Shown here piece after piece: positions 36,801 to 49,408 of a stretch of DNA of 64,000 nucleotides. Each line of letters begins with the position of its first letter. Position 1 is the first letter of the stretch. Origin of the DNA: Haplodiscus bocki (taxonomy: Eukaryota); assembly GCA_965655095.1 (NCBI GenBank), contig OZ296648.1, forward strand, positions 8,556,001 to 8,620,000, written 5' to 3'. A model generated the notes under the pieces. The model did not search any database. It worked only from the letters and a program-made list of their open reading frames with translations, and was not told where the DNA came from. The position numbers were made by a program, and so were the translations under genes.

Positions 36801-39800
36801 ATCTCTAACTTCTAGACCTTTAATCAATTTGCATCTCTCATGTTTATCATCTCCATGTTTCTGATCGTATTCGAAATCCTTATAAAATTTTTTTTTTTAT
36901 TGAAATGTTTTTTTTCGATATTTTTTTATAAACTGTTTTGGGTCAAAAGTAAGCAAGTTGTAACTCCAGTAATTTTTGAAAAAGTACCTTTCTGAAATAT
37001 TCTATTTGAAGCTTTGGTATTTTTTGGTAATTTAATTTTTACTACCTTTCGATCTTGGTGATTGATGCAAAATTTGAAAAAAATCACTTGCATTTTTGTC
37101 AGTCAGTAAATTGGAAGCAATAGGTGCGAACAATACCATTATCCTTTACATCTGATTCAATCAATTCATTGAGAATTTCTATTTTCCTCAGATAATCTAT
37201 CATATACTTCTATTCCTTTTTGAATGCTTTCTAGATTTTTCATTTCCAGGTGTAAATGCTTTTGATATATCCGCAGCTGCTTTTTTCCTGTTTAATCGAT
37301 GGTTCAACTTCTCGTTCCCTATTATAGTACTAACTTTTTCCACTCCGTTTCCCCCCCCCCCCCCAATAATTGCTTGGAATTGTTTTCTTAGATTGTTGAA
37401 GTTTCCTCTAAAATCTTCCCCAGTGTTGGTTGTGAACATTTCTGTTCCTCTATTTAATCTAATGAAATAATGAATTTTACCATAACGTCATCCTTCCCCT
37501 TGATGAATAGGTTTTAAAACGAAAAGAGCAGTTGCAGTTATGGCTTAAAAATTCCTTGTTGGCACAGCAGATGATATATCAGCAGCAATTGCTAAGACCC
37601 TAGAACTATTTTTTAGCCATTTGACTACCAATATTTTTCACTGGTTTAGCAGTTGATTTGCCAATCGACTTTCGAAAAATTACCCAACCCTTCTGCTGCT
37701 ATAGTATGTTGAGATAAAGTCCTAGTTTTATTTCTACTTACAACACTGTTGCCTCGCAATAATTTTATCTACTTACCAGTCTTCTTATTATACCTCTCTT
37801 GTCTAATATTAGTTTTTCCTGCATGGTTTTTCCCGCCATGGCATAAGGAATTAGTTTCTAGTTTTTGATAACTGTTCATTTACAATTTGGAGTTTTTCCA
37901 ACTGACAATAATGAAATTAGGGTTTTCTGAATTTTTTAACCTGTATTTATGTTGAAATTTCTCCAATGAAATGAACTGGATTATGATCATCATCTATGTA
38001 GAATTTATTGTCGTTAAGTGGCTCTTATTACGTTATACAGAATTGATGAGCTTTCTTTAGGAATTTTCAAACCTGGCGTTGCAATAAGACTAAAGGGTTA
38101 TAAAAATCTCTCACGAACTCCATTTACAATTGATCCATCGAAACAGTTCCATTTCAGATAGATTTTGCCGATGGTAGATCTTTTTATAGGTTTTTCACCT
38201 AATGGTGCTCCAGCTGCGTGTTTTGTTTCTGTAAAGACTACCACCTTATGAACTGTGAATTGAAAAATTTCTGTCGTGAGGGGTTGTTAGAATTGTTTCT
38301 ATAGTTTTTTCAACAGGCCTAGTTCCTTCTTCCTTCAAGACAATTTTGACATTCGCTGACTCATACATATACCAGTACCAGGTAGCATCCCGTAAGTGGA
38401 ATCGAACTGTCATCGACAGCTGCAATTTCCATGTATTCATTTTTATTTTCCTTGATCTTCTCTCGATGCTCCAAAACAGTCAGTTGTTCTGCTTTTGGTG
38501 AGCACAATTTGTGTTTTTTGTAGATCAGGAACAGGGTCTTACGAGTCAACAAAGTTGCAGTTTCAGGGTTGGTTTAATAATCTCATGATTGTAGCTTTGT
38601 CGCTATCTTGAAATAGTCGTTTTTTGAGAAGCGTTGATACAGTTGCACCATCGAAATCAATCTTCCGAGCTTATTCCGACCAAGAGAATTGAAATTGAAT
38701 CAGTAGGTACGCTGAATTCCACGTTGGTGTTCCGTGAGGACATGAAAGCTGCTCTGGGTTGCCATTGCTGATTACCAAAATGCCTCTAATTGGCAAAGTG
38801 GACTCATTGATGTATCGGAAAACTGAATCCATAACGGACCATAGCTCACTGCTAATCAAACCGGTCTCTTCTACAAGTACTGCGTCAACCTCTTTCAGGA
38901 CAGCGAGTTGAATGCGTTGCCTGAAAAGCTTGCAGATTGTCCGTTCAGCATTTTCTGCGAGGAACCGCGGTCAGTAAGTGGCATAGCCATTAGGCAATGT
39001 ATGAGTTCCTCCAAGGTGCTGCCTTCGCTGCTGACAGTGTTCTGATTACACAACCCACTTCAGGTCTTTCGAGAAAGCGTATGTGAGAGCATTCAATGAG
39101 GCCGTGGGTTTGTCTGTTCCGGGACATCCGAGAGCAAAAACGTGGGGAACGAATGCTTTGGTTTCAGCCAAATATGCGTTAAGAGCATCTATGAACATTG
39201 CGAGGAATCTCTGTTGCTGTTCAGATGACTGGTTTGCTCGCTTTGATGTTTGGTTCATTTTATGCCTGAAAGGGTGAGGACTCTGTGTACCGTCAACACA
39301 TTTCCAAAAATAATTGCCTATATAACGTATGTATTTCTGAATCGTTTTAATGTATGCATTAATTCATTTAAATGGTGTTTAATAATCAAGATTTGGTAAA
39401 TGAAAGGCATCATCAAGTGTTTCCTCAAGTGGTGATCGAAGTGGGCAGTTTTTTGGACACTTAGCGTTGAGAACGTTAGGAACTAGCCATTCAGAATAAA
39501 CATTCTTGTTAGCGCGAGCTGATATTCGTGTCCACCGTAAACTTTGTTCACTCCAGTCATCTGTCTCTTCCACAGCTATCGTTTGCTCAAATACAATTTT
39601 TAACTTAATCGTCTGTCTTGGTCGACGTATTTGTACTTGGCCTCGTAACCGAATTTAAATTTCTGATTGGTTTCTTTGTTGGCGATTTTATTCTATAGGC
39701 TGACGACAGTGATATAAACTGAAAAGTCAAGAGGTAGAGGACCTGCTGGAGCTGATCAGAAATTGAGTAAAACGCCGCCGCTTGTCCCGTTGTTGCTGTT

Positions 39801-40837
39801 GGGATCATTGATGATATCCTTTTGGTGAATAAATAATTTGTTCTGTGGGACCTCGCCTTCATTTGGCATCTGTGAAGGTTTTCACACCTAAGCAGGTGCT
39901 GCCGCCTGGTTGAGTTCAGTACGACCAGTGGTAAGCCTGACTAGCTCAGGGAATCTTTCTCCCGATTTTATTTCCAGACTCCAGACTACCTTTCGTTGAT
40001 TGACGACAGTTTTTTCACCTAGAATCTGGAGTTTTTCGTCTTGGGATACTTCTCAAAGTTCGACCTATGAAAATGACCTGATCTTTGTTTGCTGCCTTTT
40101 TGACCTGCTTCAGCATTTTTTCAGCAACGAAGGACGCCTGCGACTCGCCGATTTTTTTTTGCTTCTGCGATCAGCTGATGAATGTTCTAATGAAGAAGGT
40201 ATTTAGAAAAAAGGGATTGGCGGAGTTCTTCGGACTTTCCGAAATAAATTGCACCATTTTTCAGTCTCACAGCAAACTTCAATATATACAATTTTATTCA
40301 TACAAGAAGGTTTTAACTACAATGTTTACGGTACTACGCTACATGTTATTTGGTTGAGAGCATTCATTGAATTATTTGATTTTCACGTCACGATAACGAA
40401 GCGAACCTCGACTGTCGGCTGAGATCGAAAGTGCAAGCGGATCATGAGATATACCAATGTTAAGGACAAAATTCGATGCAGCGTGAAGTTCTGAAAAGAA
40501 AACGCGACAAAATTAGAAGAGTTATATTGTAACCAACTGATTTCTTCCCTAAAACTTCCAGAAAAGGCGCCTTAGTGCATGCCGGCTGTGAATAACGCCA
40601 GTAGCCGAGTATTCTGACTTTTTTTGGAAAAAAATTGAGTTAAAGTAAGTAACTATCAAGATTGTTGCTGGAAGACAGATTCAAATGAGTTAACGGCTTT
40701 CAGCAGCATTTCAATCATTCGAGTCGTTCTGGCAGTACGAGCTAATTGACAGAAGGGCGGTTTAGAAAAATTGGCGCTTTACTCGTTTTCCTGAAATTAA
40801 ATTAGACATTATCAATACAGCAGGCATGGGTGAAGAT
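33824..40837. repeat. Macrosatellite unit 4 (7,014 bp)
   Basis: Anchor-to-anchor distance; same ~2-kb deletion at ~39414. Confidence 0.93.
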
Positions 40838-43800
40838 ATTAGAACGAGTTCGTGGTGTCTTTTGAAGACTTGCAAAATGCAGATTTGATAAAAACCTGTC
40901 ACATTACAAGTAATGCTTGACGTTTAATACTTAAAATGAACGTTTTAAATTAGTAATAACCTTTTTGAGCGGCCGAATAATAATGGAAGAAATACAAAAA
41001 GCTGGTGGAATAAATGAACAATTGGGATTCCACAGATATCCAGCTATAGACTCCGCTACAGAATCAGTACCCGGATCAAAATCTAGTTGTACTAAATGAT
41101 TAGACAATGTATACACTGTACTGAGTATCTTGAGACTGATAAGTTTTATATCAAAAAAGTATAACGTATGCTAATTGTGAAGAATGAGCTTTAAAAAATG
41201 CAAAGTGTGCTTTTTGTGAGAAATAATTTTTGGAAAGATCTTTCGCAATTCTTATTTATTGTTCTTATTAAATCATTCTAATTTAACAATAAGAAAACAA
41301 TACATATTACAGCAACTGTGTTAATAGATTTTTCACTAATATCTGCATCCTGTGGAGACGAAAATATTAATAGAACCTGAACTGTAGGTCGTTTTGTAGT
41401 AAAACACATCATATGCTGAGTAATTTACTACTAGCACCCGAATGTGGAAACTTAAAAATAATAGCTCGATGTCCCCAACAGTATCCTGGCAACTGTGTTG
41501 TTGAACAAATTGCATTTTCAATTGATGAATGGAAGTTTATGTTGTTCTTTTTGATAATATGTTACGTTCTAAGCGCAGTTTCACTGTTTCATCTCGGGAT
41601 GAAACAGATGAAAAGTTGAAACAAAATTCTATCCAAGACGAAACAATTTTACTTCCAAGATGAAACAAAAGACAAAACAAGATGAAAAAAAAAAGATGGA
41701 ACAAACTTAGCTCATGATTAAAAATCACTGGGGTTAACTGTATTTTCTGCGAGTGTTTGTATTAGTTCTTGAGTGTTGATGCTGTCCAGAACGTCTTGGG
41801 TGTTGAACTGGAAGCCACTGAATCCTTCGGTTGGGGTGGATTCTGTGCTCAAAGGACTGCCGGGCTGTCGACTGTACGGAGTACGGTCAATTGCTTCCTT
41901 TCCTGTTTTCGAGCTTCAAAAAACTCTTTTTGTGCTTGAATTCAATCCTCCTGGGCAATACTTGGGTTGGTTTTGGGGCAAAATCTTTTTCCACGGTTTT
42001 GCGTACGACCAGGGTCTGTAGCTGGGCCTCGACAACCAGAACAACTGTATTTCCGCATCTTTTTCTGACTGGTTTGAACCCCAGAGGCAGCTGCTTCGAG
42101 GGACTTTTTCATCCTCCCTTGTGTTGTCTTCAATCCAGCCGACGTTCTTCGAAGTTTTGCGTGACCGGTTGTATCTATTGGCTCTTCGAATACAAGAGGT
42201 GTCGTTGCGCAAATTTCGGTCTGGGCGGAGGAAGAGCTGATGATGAGCATGGTTTCTCGATGGCTGGTAGAGGCTGGCTACTGATTAGAGTTGAAATTTC
42301 TTCCTCTCGAGACATGTCGTTGAACCACAAGTGAACAGTGCGTAAGTTGACGTTAATCAAAGAGAAATTTCCTTGGAGGGTCACTCTGTTCTTGACACGA
42401 TGTCGAATGGCCTCATGGTCATTGAGCATTAGCTTGTAGCGTGACGTATACTCGCCTTTGCTGGGCGCCAATTTCTGCATTGGTCGGAGATATTTCTGCG
42501 AAGGATGGCAGAAAAAAGGCTTCGGTATTGCGATATTTCTGAACATATTGTGCTGGAAATCCAGCACGCATGAAGCCCCCGTCGATTTTGTTCGACTCCA
42601 ATGTGCCCCGACCGGCGAGCACCGAAACGTGATTTTGTGAATGGTTTGAGTTGTCGCCCATATGACACTGCTTTCTTGTCCAACTCTTGCAATTCTTCAT
42701 AAAGCTCAACAATGTTTTCAACTTCACTTTCATTGTACTTTAGTCGAGTTTTTCCTATTTCCAGTAGGTTTTTGGCCAGTTTTTCCACTTTATCCCAACC
42801 AGCAACGCCCTGCCGGTCTGGACGTCAAAAAGCATCATCAGAGGAATATCTTCCTCTCCGCTGCATGATTTCGAGAGAAATATCGTTACTGCTTCTGTAT
42901 ACAAATTGTTGATCGAGGGTCCTGGTTGCTGAATCAATTCCAGATAGTCCATCTTTTCTTCCACCTGGATATGGTCAAAATGCTCCAAGGCCGTTTGTTT
43001 GTACTCGCTGATTGGCTGTAGTAGCTTGGTTACATAATTGAGAATTAATAAGGTTGAAATGGAAGCACTGCCTCGCTTTTCTTGTGTAGTCATACGTGGC
43101 GTCACTAATTTGGAATGATTTTCTCGCTAGCTGCCTTGACGGGGCTGAATTAAATAAGAACGTGTCCCCTTCCCTCTCATTTGTTTCCCTTTTTCCGCCG
43201 TTGTCAACGAAGATCTTCCCCCTGCCTTCCATCTGCAATTGAACCATTCTTCACTCGAGGAAGACATGATTTTATTGAAAGTTAATTTTTGAGTCAACGT
43301 TATTGTCAATTATGGCTTACCATGAGAGACAACAGTAGTATTCTTTTTTTATTGATTGAACTGCTAAAACACCAGAGTTGTTATAATGATATAGCAATTT
43401 TTGCTTTGAGCTATGAAGTGTTCAAAGCTTTGCGTAAAGAAGCATGGAAAGCGAAACATAACTATCCTATGATTGATAGTTTAGATGACGGAGAAGATTA
43501 ATGTATATAAAACGAATATAAAATTTTACTCCCTTGACGCAACATTTTTAGCTCATGAAGTGGAAGAATCAGTTTAGGACTGTTGGTCTTGTGGGGTTGT
43601 AAACACTTATGTTGTTCTGTAGTTATACAACCATACTCTTGAAGGTTATCTGCTATTGCTACACTTTCTCAACTATGTTGGAAGAATAATTTCCCCGAAT
43701 TTCTTTTTTGTCATTGTAGTCAATCAGCTAATTCATAAGGATCTGTTGAAATGAAGATAAATTGTGTTGCAGTTTTCGTACGCAACCTTTCGCCTTCTAT

Positions 43801-44924
43801 TCTTCAAATTCAATCTCGAACTTCTAGAGCTTTAATCAATTTGCATCTCTCAGGTTTTTCTTCATGTTTCTGATCGTATTCGAAATCCTTATAAAATTAT
43901 TTTATTGAATGTTTTTTTCGATATTTTTTATAAACTGTTTTGGGTCAAGTGTACGGAAGTTGGCTCTCCAGTAGATTTTGAAAAGTACCTTTCTCAAATG
44001 TTTTATTTGAAGCTTTGGTATTTTTTGGTAATTTAATTTTTACTGCCTTTGGTTCATGGTGATTGATGCTAAATTTGAAACAATTCACTTGGATGTTTGT
44101 CAGTCAGTAAATTGGAAATCATAGGTTCGAACAATACCAGTATCCACTACATCTGATTTGAATAATTCAATGAGAATTTCAGTTTTCCTCTGAGATAATC
44201 TCTCATATCCTTCTATTCCTTTTTGAATGCTTTCTAGATTATTCAATTCCAGGTGTTATTGCTTTTGATTTATCCTCAGCTGCTTTTTTTCCTGTTTAAT
44301 CGATGGTTCATCTTCTCGTTCCCTATTCTAGTACTATTTTTTTCCACTCAGTTTTTCCCCAATAATCGCTTGGAATTGTTTTCTTAGATTGTTGAAGTTT
44401 CCTCTAAAATCTTCCCCAGTGTTGGTTGTGAACATTTCTGTTCCTCTATTTAATCTAATGAAATAATGAATTTTACCATAACGTCATCCTTCCCCTTGAT
44501 GAATAGGTTTTGAAACGAAAAGTGCAATTGCAGTTATGGCTTAAAAATTCCTTGCTGGCACAGCAGATGATATATCAGCAGCAATTGCTATTACCCTAGA
44601 ATTTTTTTTAGCTATTTGAATACCAATATTTTTCACTGGTTTAGCAGTTAATTTGCCAATCGACATTCGAAAAATTACCCAACCCTTCTGTTGCTATAGT
44701 ATGTTGAGATAAAGTCCTAGTTTTGTTTCTACCTACAACACTGTTGCCTCGCAATATTTTTATCTACTTACCAGTCTTCTTATTATACCTCTCTGGTGTA
44801 ATAATAGTTTTTCCTGCATGGTTTTTCCCGCCATGGCACAAGGATTTAGTTTCTAATTTTTGATAACTATTTATTTACAATTTGGAGTTTTTCCAACTGA
44901 CAATAATGAAATTAGGGTTTTCTG

Positions 44925-45410
44925 TATTTTTTTAACCTATATTTATGTTGAAATTTCTCCAATGAAATGAACTGGATTATGATCATCATCTAAGTAGAAT
45001 GTATTGTCGTTAAGTGACTTTTATTACGTTATACAGAATTAATGTGGTTTCTTCTCGAATTTTCAAACCTGGCGTTGCAATAAGACTAAAGGGTTTCAAA
45101 AATCTCTCACGAAATTCTTTTACAAATAATCCATCGAAACAGTTGCTTTTCAGATAGATTTTGTTGATGGTAGATCTTTTTAAAGGTTTTTCACCTATTG
45201 GTGCTCCAGCTGCGTGTTTTGATTCTGTAAAAGCTACCACCTTATGAACTGTGAATTGAAAATTTTATGTCGTGAGGGGTTGTTAGAATTGTTTCTTTAG
45301 TTTTTTCAACAGCCCTAATTCCTTCTTCCTTCAAGACAATTTTGACATTCACTGACTCCTTTATATACCAGTACGAGGTAGCATCCGGTAAGTGGAATCG
45401 AACTTTCATC
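44925..45410 (-). pseudogene. Best-preserved penton fragment (unit 5)
   Basis: ORF 45010-45240: ..GEKPLKRSTINKIYLKSNCFDGLFVKEFRERFLKPFSLIATPGLKIREETTLILY; after a frameshift, TFYLDDDHNPVHFIGE. Confidence 0.8.
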
Positions 45411-46329
45411 GACAGCTGCAATTTCCATGTGTTCAATTTTATTTTCCTTCATCTTTTCTGGATGCTCCAAAACAGTCAGTTGTACTGCTTTTGGTGCGCA
45501 CAATTCGTGTTTTTTGTAGATCAGGAACAGGGTCTTACGAATCAACAAAGTTGCAGTTTCAGGGATGGTTTATTAATCAGATGATTGTAGCCTTGTCACT
45601 ATCTAGAAATGGTCGTTTGTTGAGGAGAGTTGAAACAGTTGCACCATCGAAATCAATCGTCCGAGCTTATTCCGACAAATAGAATTGATATTGAATCAGT
45701 AGGTACGCTGAAAGCCACGTTGGTGTTCCGTGAGGACATGAAAGATGCCTTGGGTTGCCATTGCTGATTACCAGAATGCCTCTCATCGGCAAGGTGGACC
45801 CATTGATGTATCGGAAAACTGAATCCATAACGGACCATAGCTCACTTCTAATCAAACCGGTCTCTTCCACAAGTACTGCGTCAACCTCTTTCAGGACAGC
45901 GAGTTGAATGCGTTGCCTGAAAAGCTTGCAGATTGTCCTTTCAGCATTTTCTGCGAGGAACCGCGGTCAGTAAGTGGCATAGCCATTAGGCAATGTATGA
46001 GTTCCTCCAAGGTGCTGCCTTCGCTGCTGACAGTGTTCTGATTACACAACCCACTTCAAGTCTTTCGAGAAAGCGTATGTGAGAGCATTCAATGAGGCCG
46101 TGGGTTTGTCTGTTCCGGGACATCCGAGAGCAAAAACGTGGGGAGCGAATGCTTTGGTTTCAGCCAAATATGCGTTAACAGCATCTATGAATATTGCTAG
46201 GAGTCTCTGTTGCTGTTTAAATGACTGGTTTGACTGCTTCGGTGCTTGGTTCATCTTATGCCTGACAGAAAGAGGTTTCTGTGTACTGTCAACACAGTTC
46301 CAATATTATTTGCCTATATAACGTATCTA

Positions 46330-49300
46330 TTTCTGAATCGTTTTAATATATGCATTAGTTTGTTTGGTGTTTAGTACTCAAGATTTGGTAAATGAAAGGC
46401 ATCATCCTCACGGTTTGGATGAGGAATGTGTATTCCGCTTCACTATTTATTAGCCAGACATGTTTTCACAGATGATGTTTTCACATTCGCAGATGATATT
46501 CAGGTGTATATGATCTTTCTTAAGTTTTTGTGACGAGACAAGCCCGTTGACGAAGACAACTTCTGGCCCAAAAATTGTATGGGACCCATTCTACCGGACG
46601 GAATTTCACCAGTGCCATTGAACTGTCAGCCATCACGGAGTGATTTTTGTTGCTGCCTTCCCGGAAGGCGTTGCGTAGTATGAAGGAGTACTTCAAGAAT
46701 TTCTTGTTTCAGCTCTTTTTCGGAAGAAAGCTCGTTTTTCCGAGGTGAGACGCAACCACAGAGCAATCTCGTTGTCATTAAAAAGAGGTTTGTTGACGGC
46801 TCTCGAATAAATCCAAGCAGCCTATGCTGATAAGAAGCAGTCTCGCCCTTTCGTGATTTATAATATCAAAATGGGTCTCCTTACTGTCGCCCGAAAATAG
46901 CTTGCGTTCCGACATGTTTTCAGGATTGAGGGGAGCCACCTTGTTCAAAATCAGGTATAATAGCTACGGAAAGAAAGAGGGACTACGTATTACGGGTGGA
47001 ACGAAAAATCATTTTGCGCAGGTGAAAAAAGCAACTGTGCAGCGACAGCACGCAACTGGATAACCGTGTCCTGTACGCGGTGGCCGCCAAGGCGTAGGGC
47101 ACAATGTTTTAAAGTGGAAAATAGCAAAAATGCTTTCTTTTAGCCTAAAAACATTAGTTTCTGGGGAACTAAGAAAGATAGCGTCAAGGGGTCCCGACTT
47201 TAGTGAACTATGGAGAAATGGTTATCACTTTGGGGTTTTTTCCAGAAACATCTACCTGCCAAAACCTAATCTCCCTCTTGCTCAAATTGTGGCCGATTTT
47301 CCTCAATTTTGGCGAGATTTCTTTCTACACTAATTTTACAGAAAACTGTTGGCGAAGTTTTCGCTGTCTTTCCGTCCAGAAATAGGGTTTCAATCTTTGA
47401 AAACACCGCCATCTTTAAATACACACTTGGCGCAGTCTATCGGTTTTTGTTGGCTTTATCAACCTTTGGTCAATAGACTGTCGTGACCTGCCCTTTTTCT
47501 ACCGACCTATATATTAAGATGGAACTATTTTCTCTCCATGCTTTGAGTCGTCCTCATGGCGACTCTGATTTTGGATAAATTTTGCGCTGAGCGTCCAACT
47601 GTACTTGATTCAAATTGTATGAGATCTAAAGTTTGACTCATCCATCTCGAAATGCAGAGTAACTGCGTGTTCCGGTCGAAGTAACGTTTGCAATTTTAGT
47701 GAGAACTTTAATCAGAAATTGCCGGCTAATCACTAAAACCAGCAATAAAAATGTCTCCGCAGCTGCGAGCGCACGCTACTGCCAAGGAACAATGGACTAC
47801 GACACCCTCTATAATTCTGGGGTGACTAGTTCTAAGAATAACAATCACCAAAATATATTAGGAAGAGTCCGTAACGCCGACAACTGCGCGAATGACACTC
47901 CGGTCTGACTCTGCGGCGAACAGAAAAACGGGAACGAACGAAAAGAACAAAGGGATCCAGAGTGGCTAGCTGAGAGAGGTGCTCTGAGATTGAGAGAAAA
48001 GTGTTGCTTCAAGTGGTGATCGAAGTGGGCAGCTTTTTGGACACTTAGCGTTGAGAACGTTAGGAAATAGCCATTCAGATTAAACATTCTTGTTAGCGCG
48101 AGCTGATATTCGTGCCCACCGTAAACCTCTGTTCAGTCATCTGTCTCTTCCACAGCTATTGTTTGCTCAAATATATTTTGTAACTTAATCGTCTGTCTTG
48201 GTCCACGTATTTGTACTTGGCCTTTCGTAACCGAATTTAAATTTCTGATTGGTTTCTTTGTTGGCGATTTTATTCTATAGGCTGACGACAGTGATATGAA
48301 CTGAAAAGTCAAGGCGATAGAGGACCTGCTCGAGCAGATCGGAAGTTCAGAAAAACGCCGCTGCTTATCCCGCTGTTGCTGTTGGGGTCATTGATGATAT
48401 CCTTTTGGTAAATTTTTAATTTTTCTGTGGGAACTCGCCTTCTTTTTTCATCTGTGAAGGTTTTCAAACCTAAGCAGGTGCTGCCTCCTGGTTGAGTTTA
48501 GTACGACCAGTGGTAAGCTTGACTAGCTCAGAGAAACTTTCTCCCAATTTTTTTTCCAGACTCCAGACTACCTTTCGTTGATTGACGACAGTTTTTTCAC
48601 CAAGAATCTGGAGTTTTTCGTCTTGGGATACTTCTCAAAGTTCGCCCTATGAAATTGACTTGATCTTTGTTTGCTGCCTTTTTGACCTGCTTCAGCATTT
48701 TTTGAGAAACAAAGGACGCCTGCAACACGCGGTTGTTTTTTTGTTTCGCCGATGTGCTGAGGGATGTTCTCATAAAGAAGTTCTTTAGAAACAAGGGATT
48801 GGCGGACTTTCTGAAATAAATTGCACCATTTTTCAGTCTCACAGCAAACTTCAATAGATACAAGTTTATTCATACAAGAAGGTTTTAACTACAATGCTGA
48901 GAGTACTACGCTACATGTTATACGGTTGAGAGCATTCATTGAATTATTCGATTTTTACGTGACGATAACGAAGCGAACCTCGACTGTCGCCTGAGATCGG
49001 AAGTGCAAGCGGATCATAAGATATACCAATGTTATGGACAAAATTCGATGCAGCGTGAAGTTCTGAAAAGGAAACGCGACAAAATTAGAGGAGTTATATT
49101 GTAACCAACTGATTCCTTCCCCAAAGCTTCCAGAAAAGGCGCTTTAGTGCATGCCGGCTGTGAATAACGCCAGTAGCCGAGTATTCTGACTTTTTCGGAA
49201 AAAAATTGACTTAAAATAAGGAACTATCAATATTGCTGCTGGAAGGCAGATTCAAATGAGTTAACGGCTTTCAGCAGCAATTCAATCATTCGAGTCGTTC

Positions 49301-49390
49301 TGGCAGTACGAGCTAATTGAAAGAAGGGCGGTTTAGAACAATTGGCGCTTTACTCGTCTTCCTGAAATTAAATTAGACATTATCAAAACA
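46330..49390. other. Unassigned, deletion-polymorphic portion of the repeat unit (degraded coding-like sequence)
   Basis: Conserved between copies and slightly more GC-rich, with broken reading frames. I recognised no family. Confidence 0.4.
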
Positions 49391-49408
49391 GCAGGCAAGG
49401 GTGAAGAT

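Larger units (their letters stand above)
40838..49408. repeat. Macrosatellite unit 5 (8,571 bp)
   Basis: Anchor-to-anchor distance; longest complete copy, lacking mainly the ~0.4-kb segment at ~47391. Confidence 0.93.

Noticed and set aside
47940-48000. YqaJ/lambda-exonuclease-like QRxxEWLxER motif
   Set aside because: Too short, and no downstream catalytic motifs seen.
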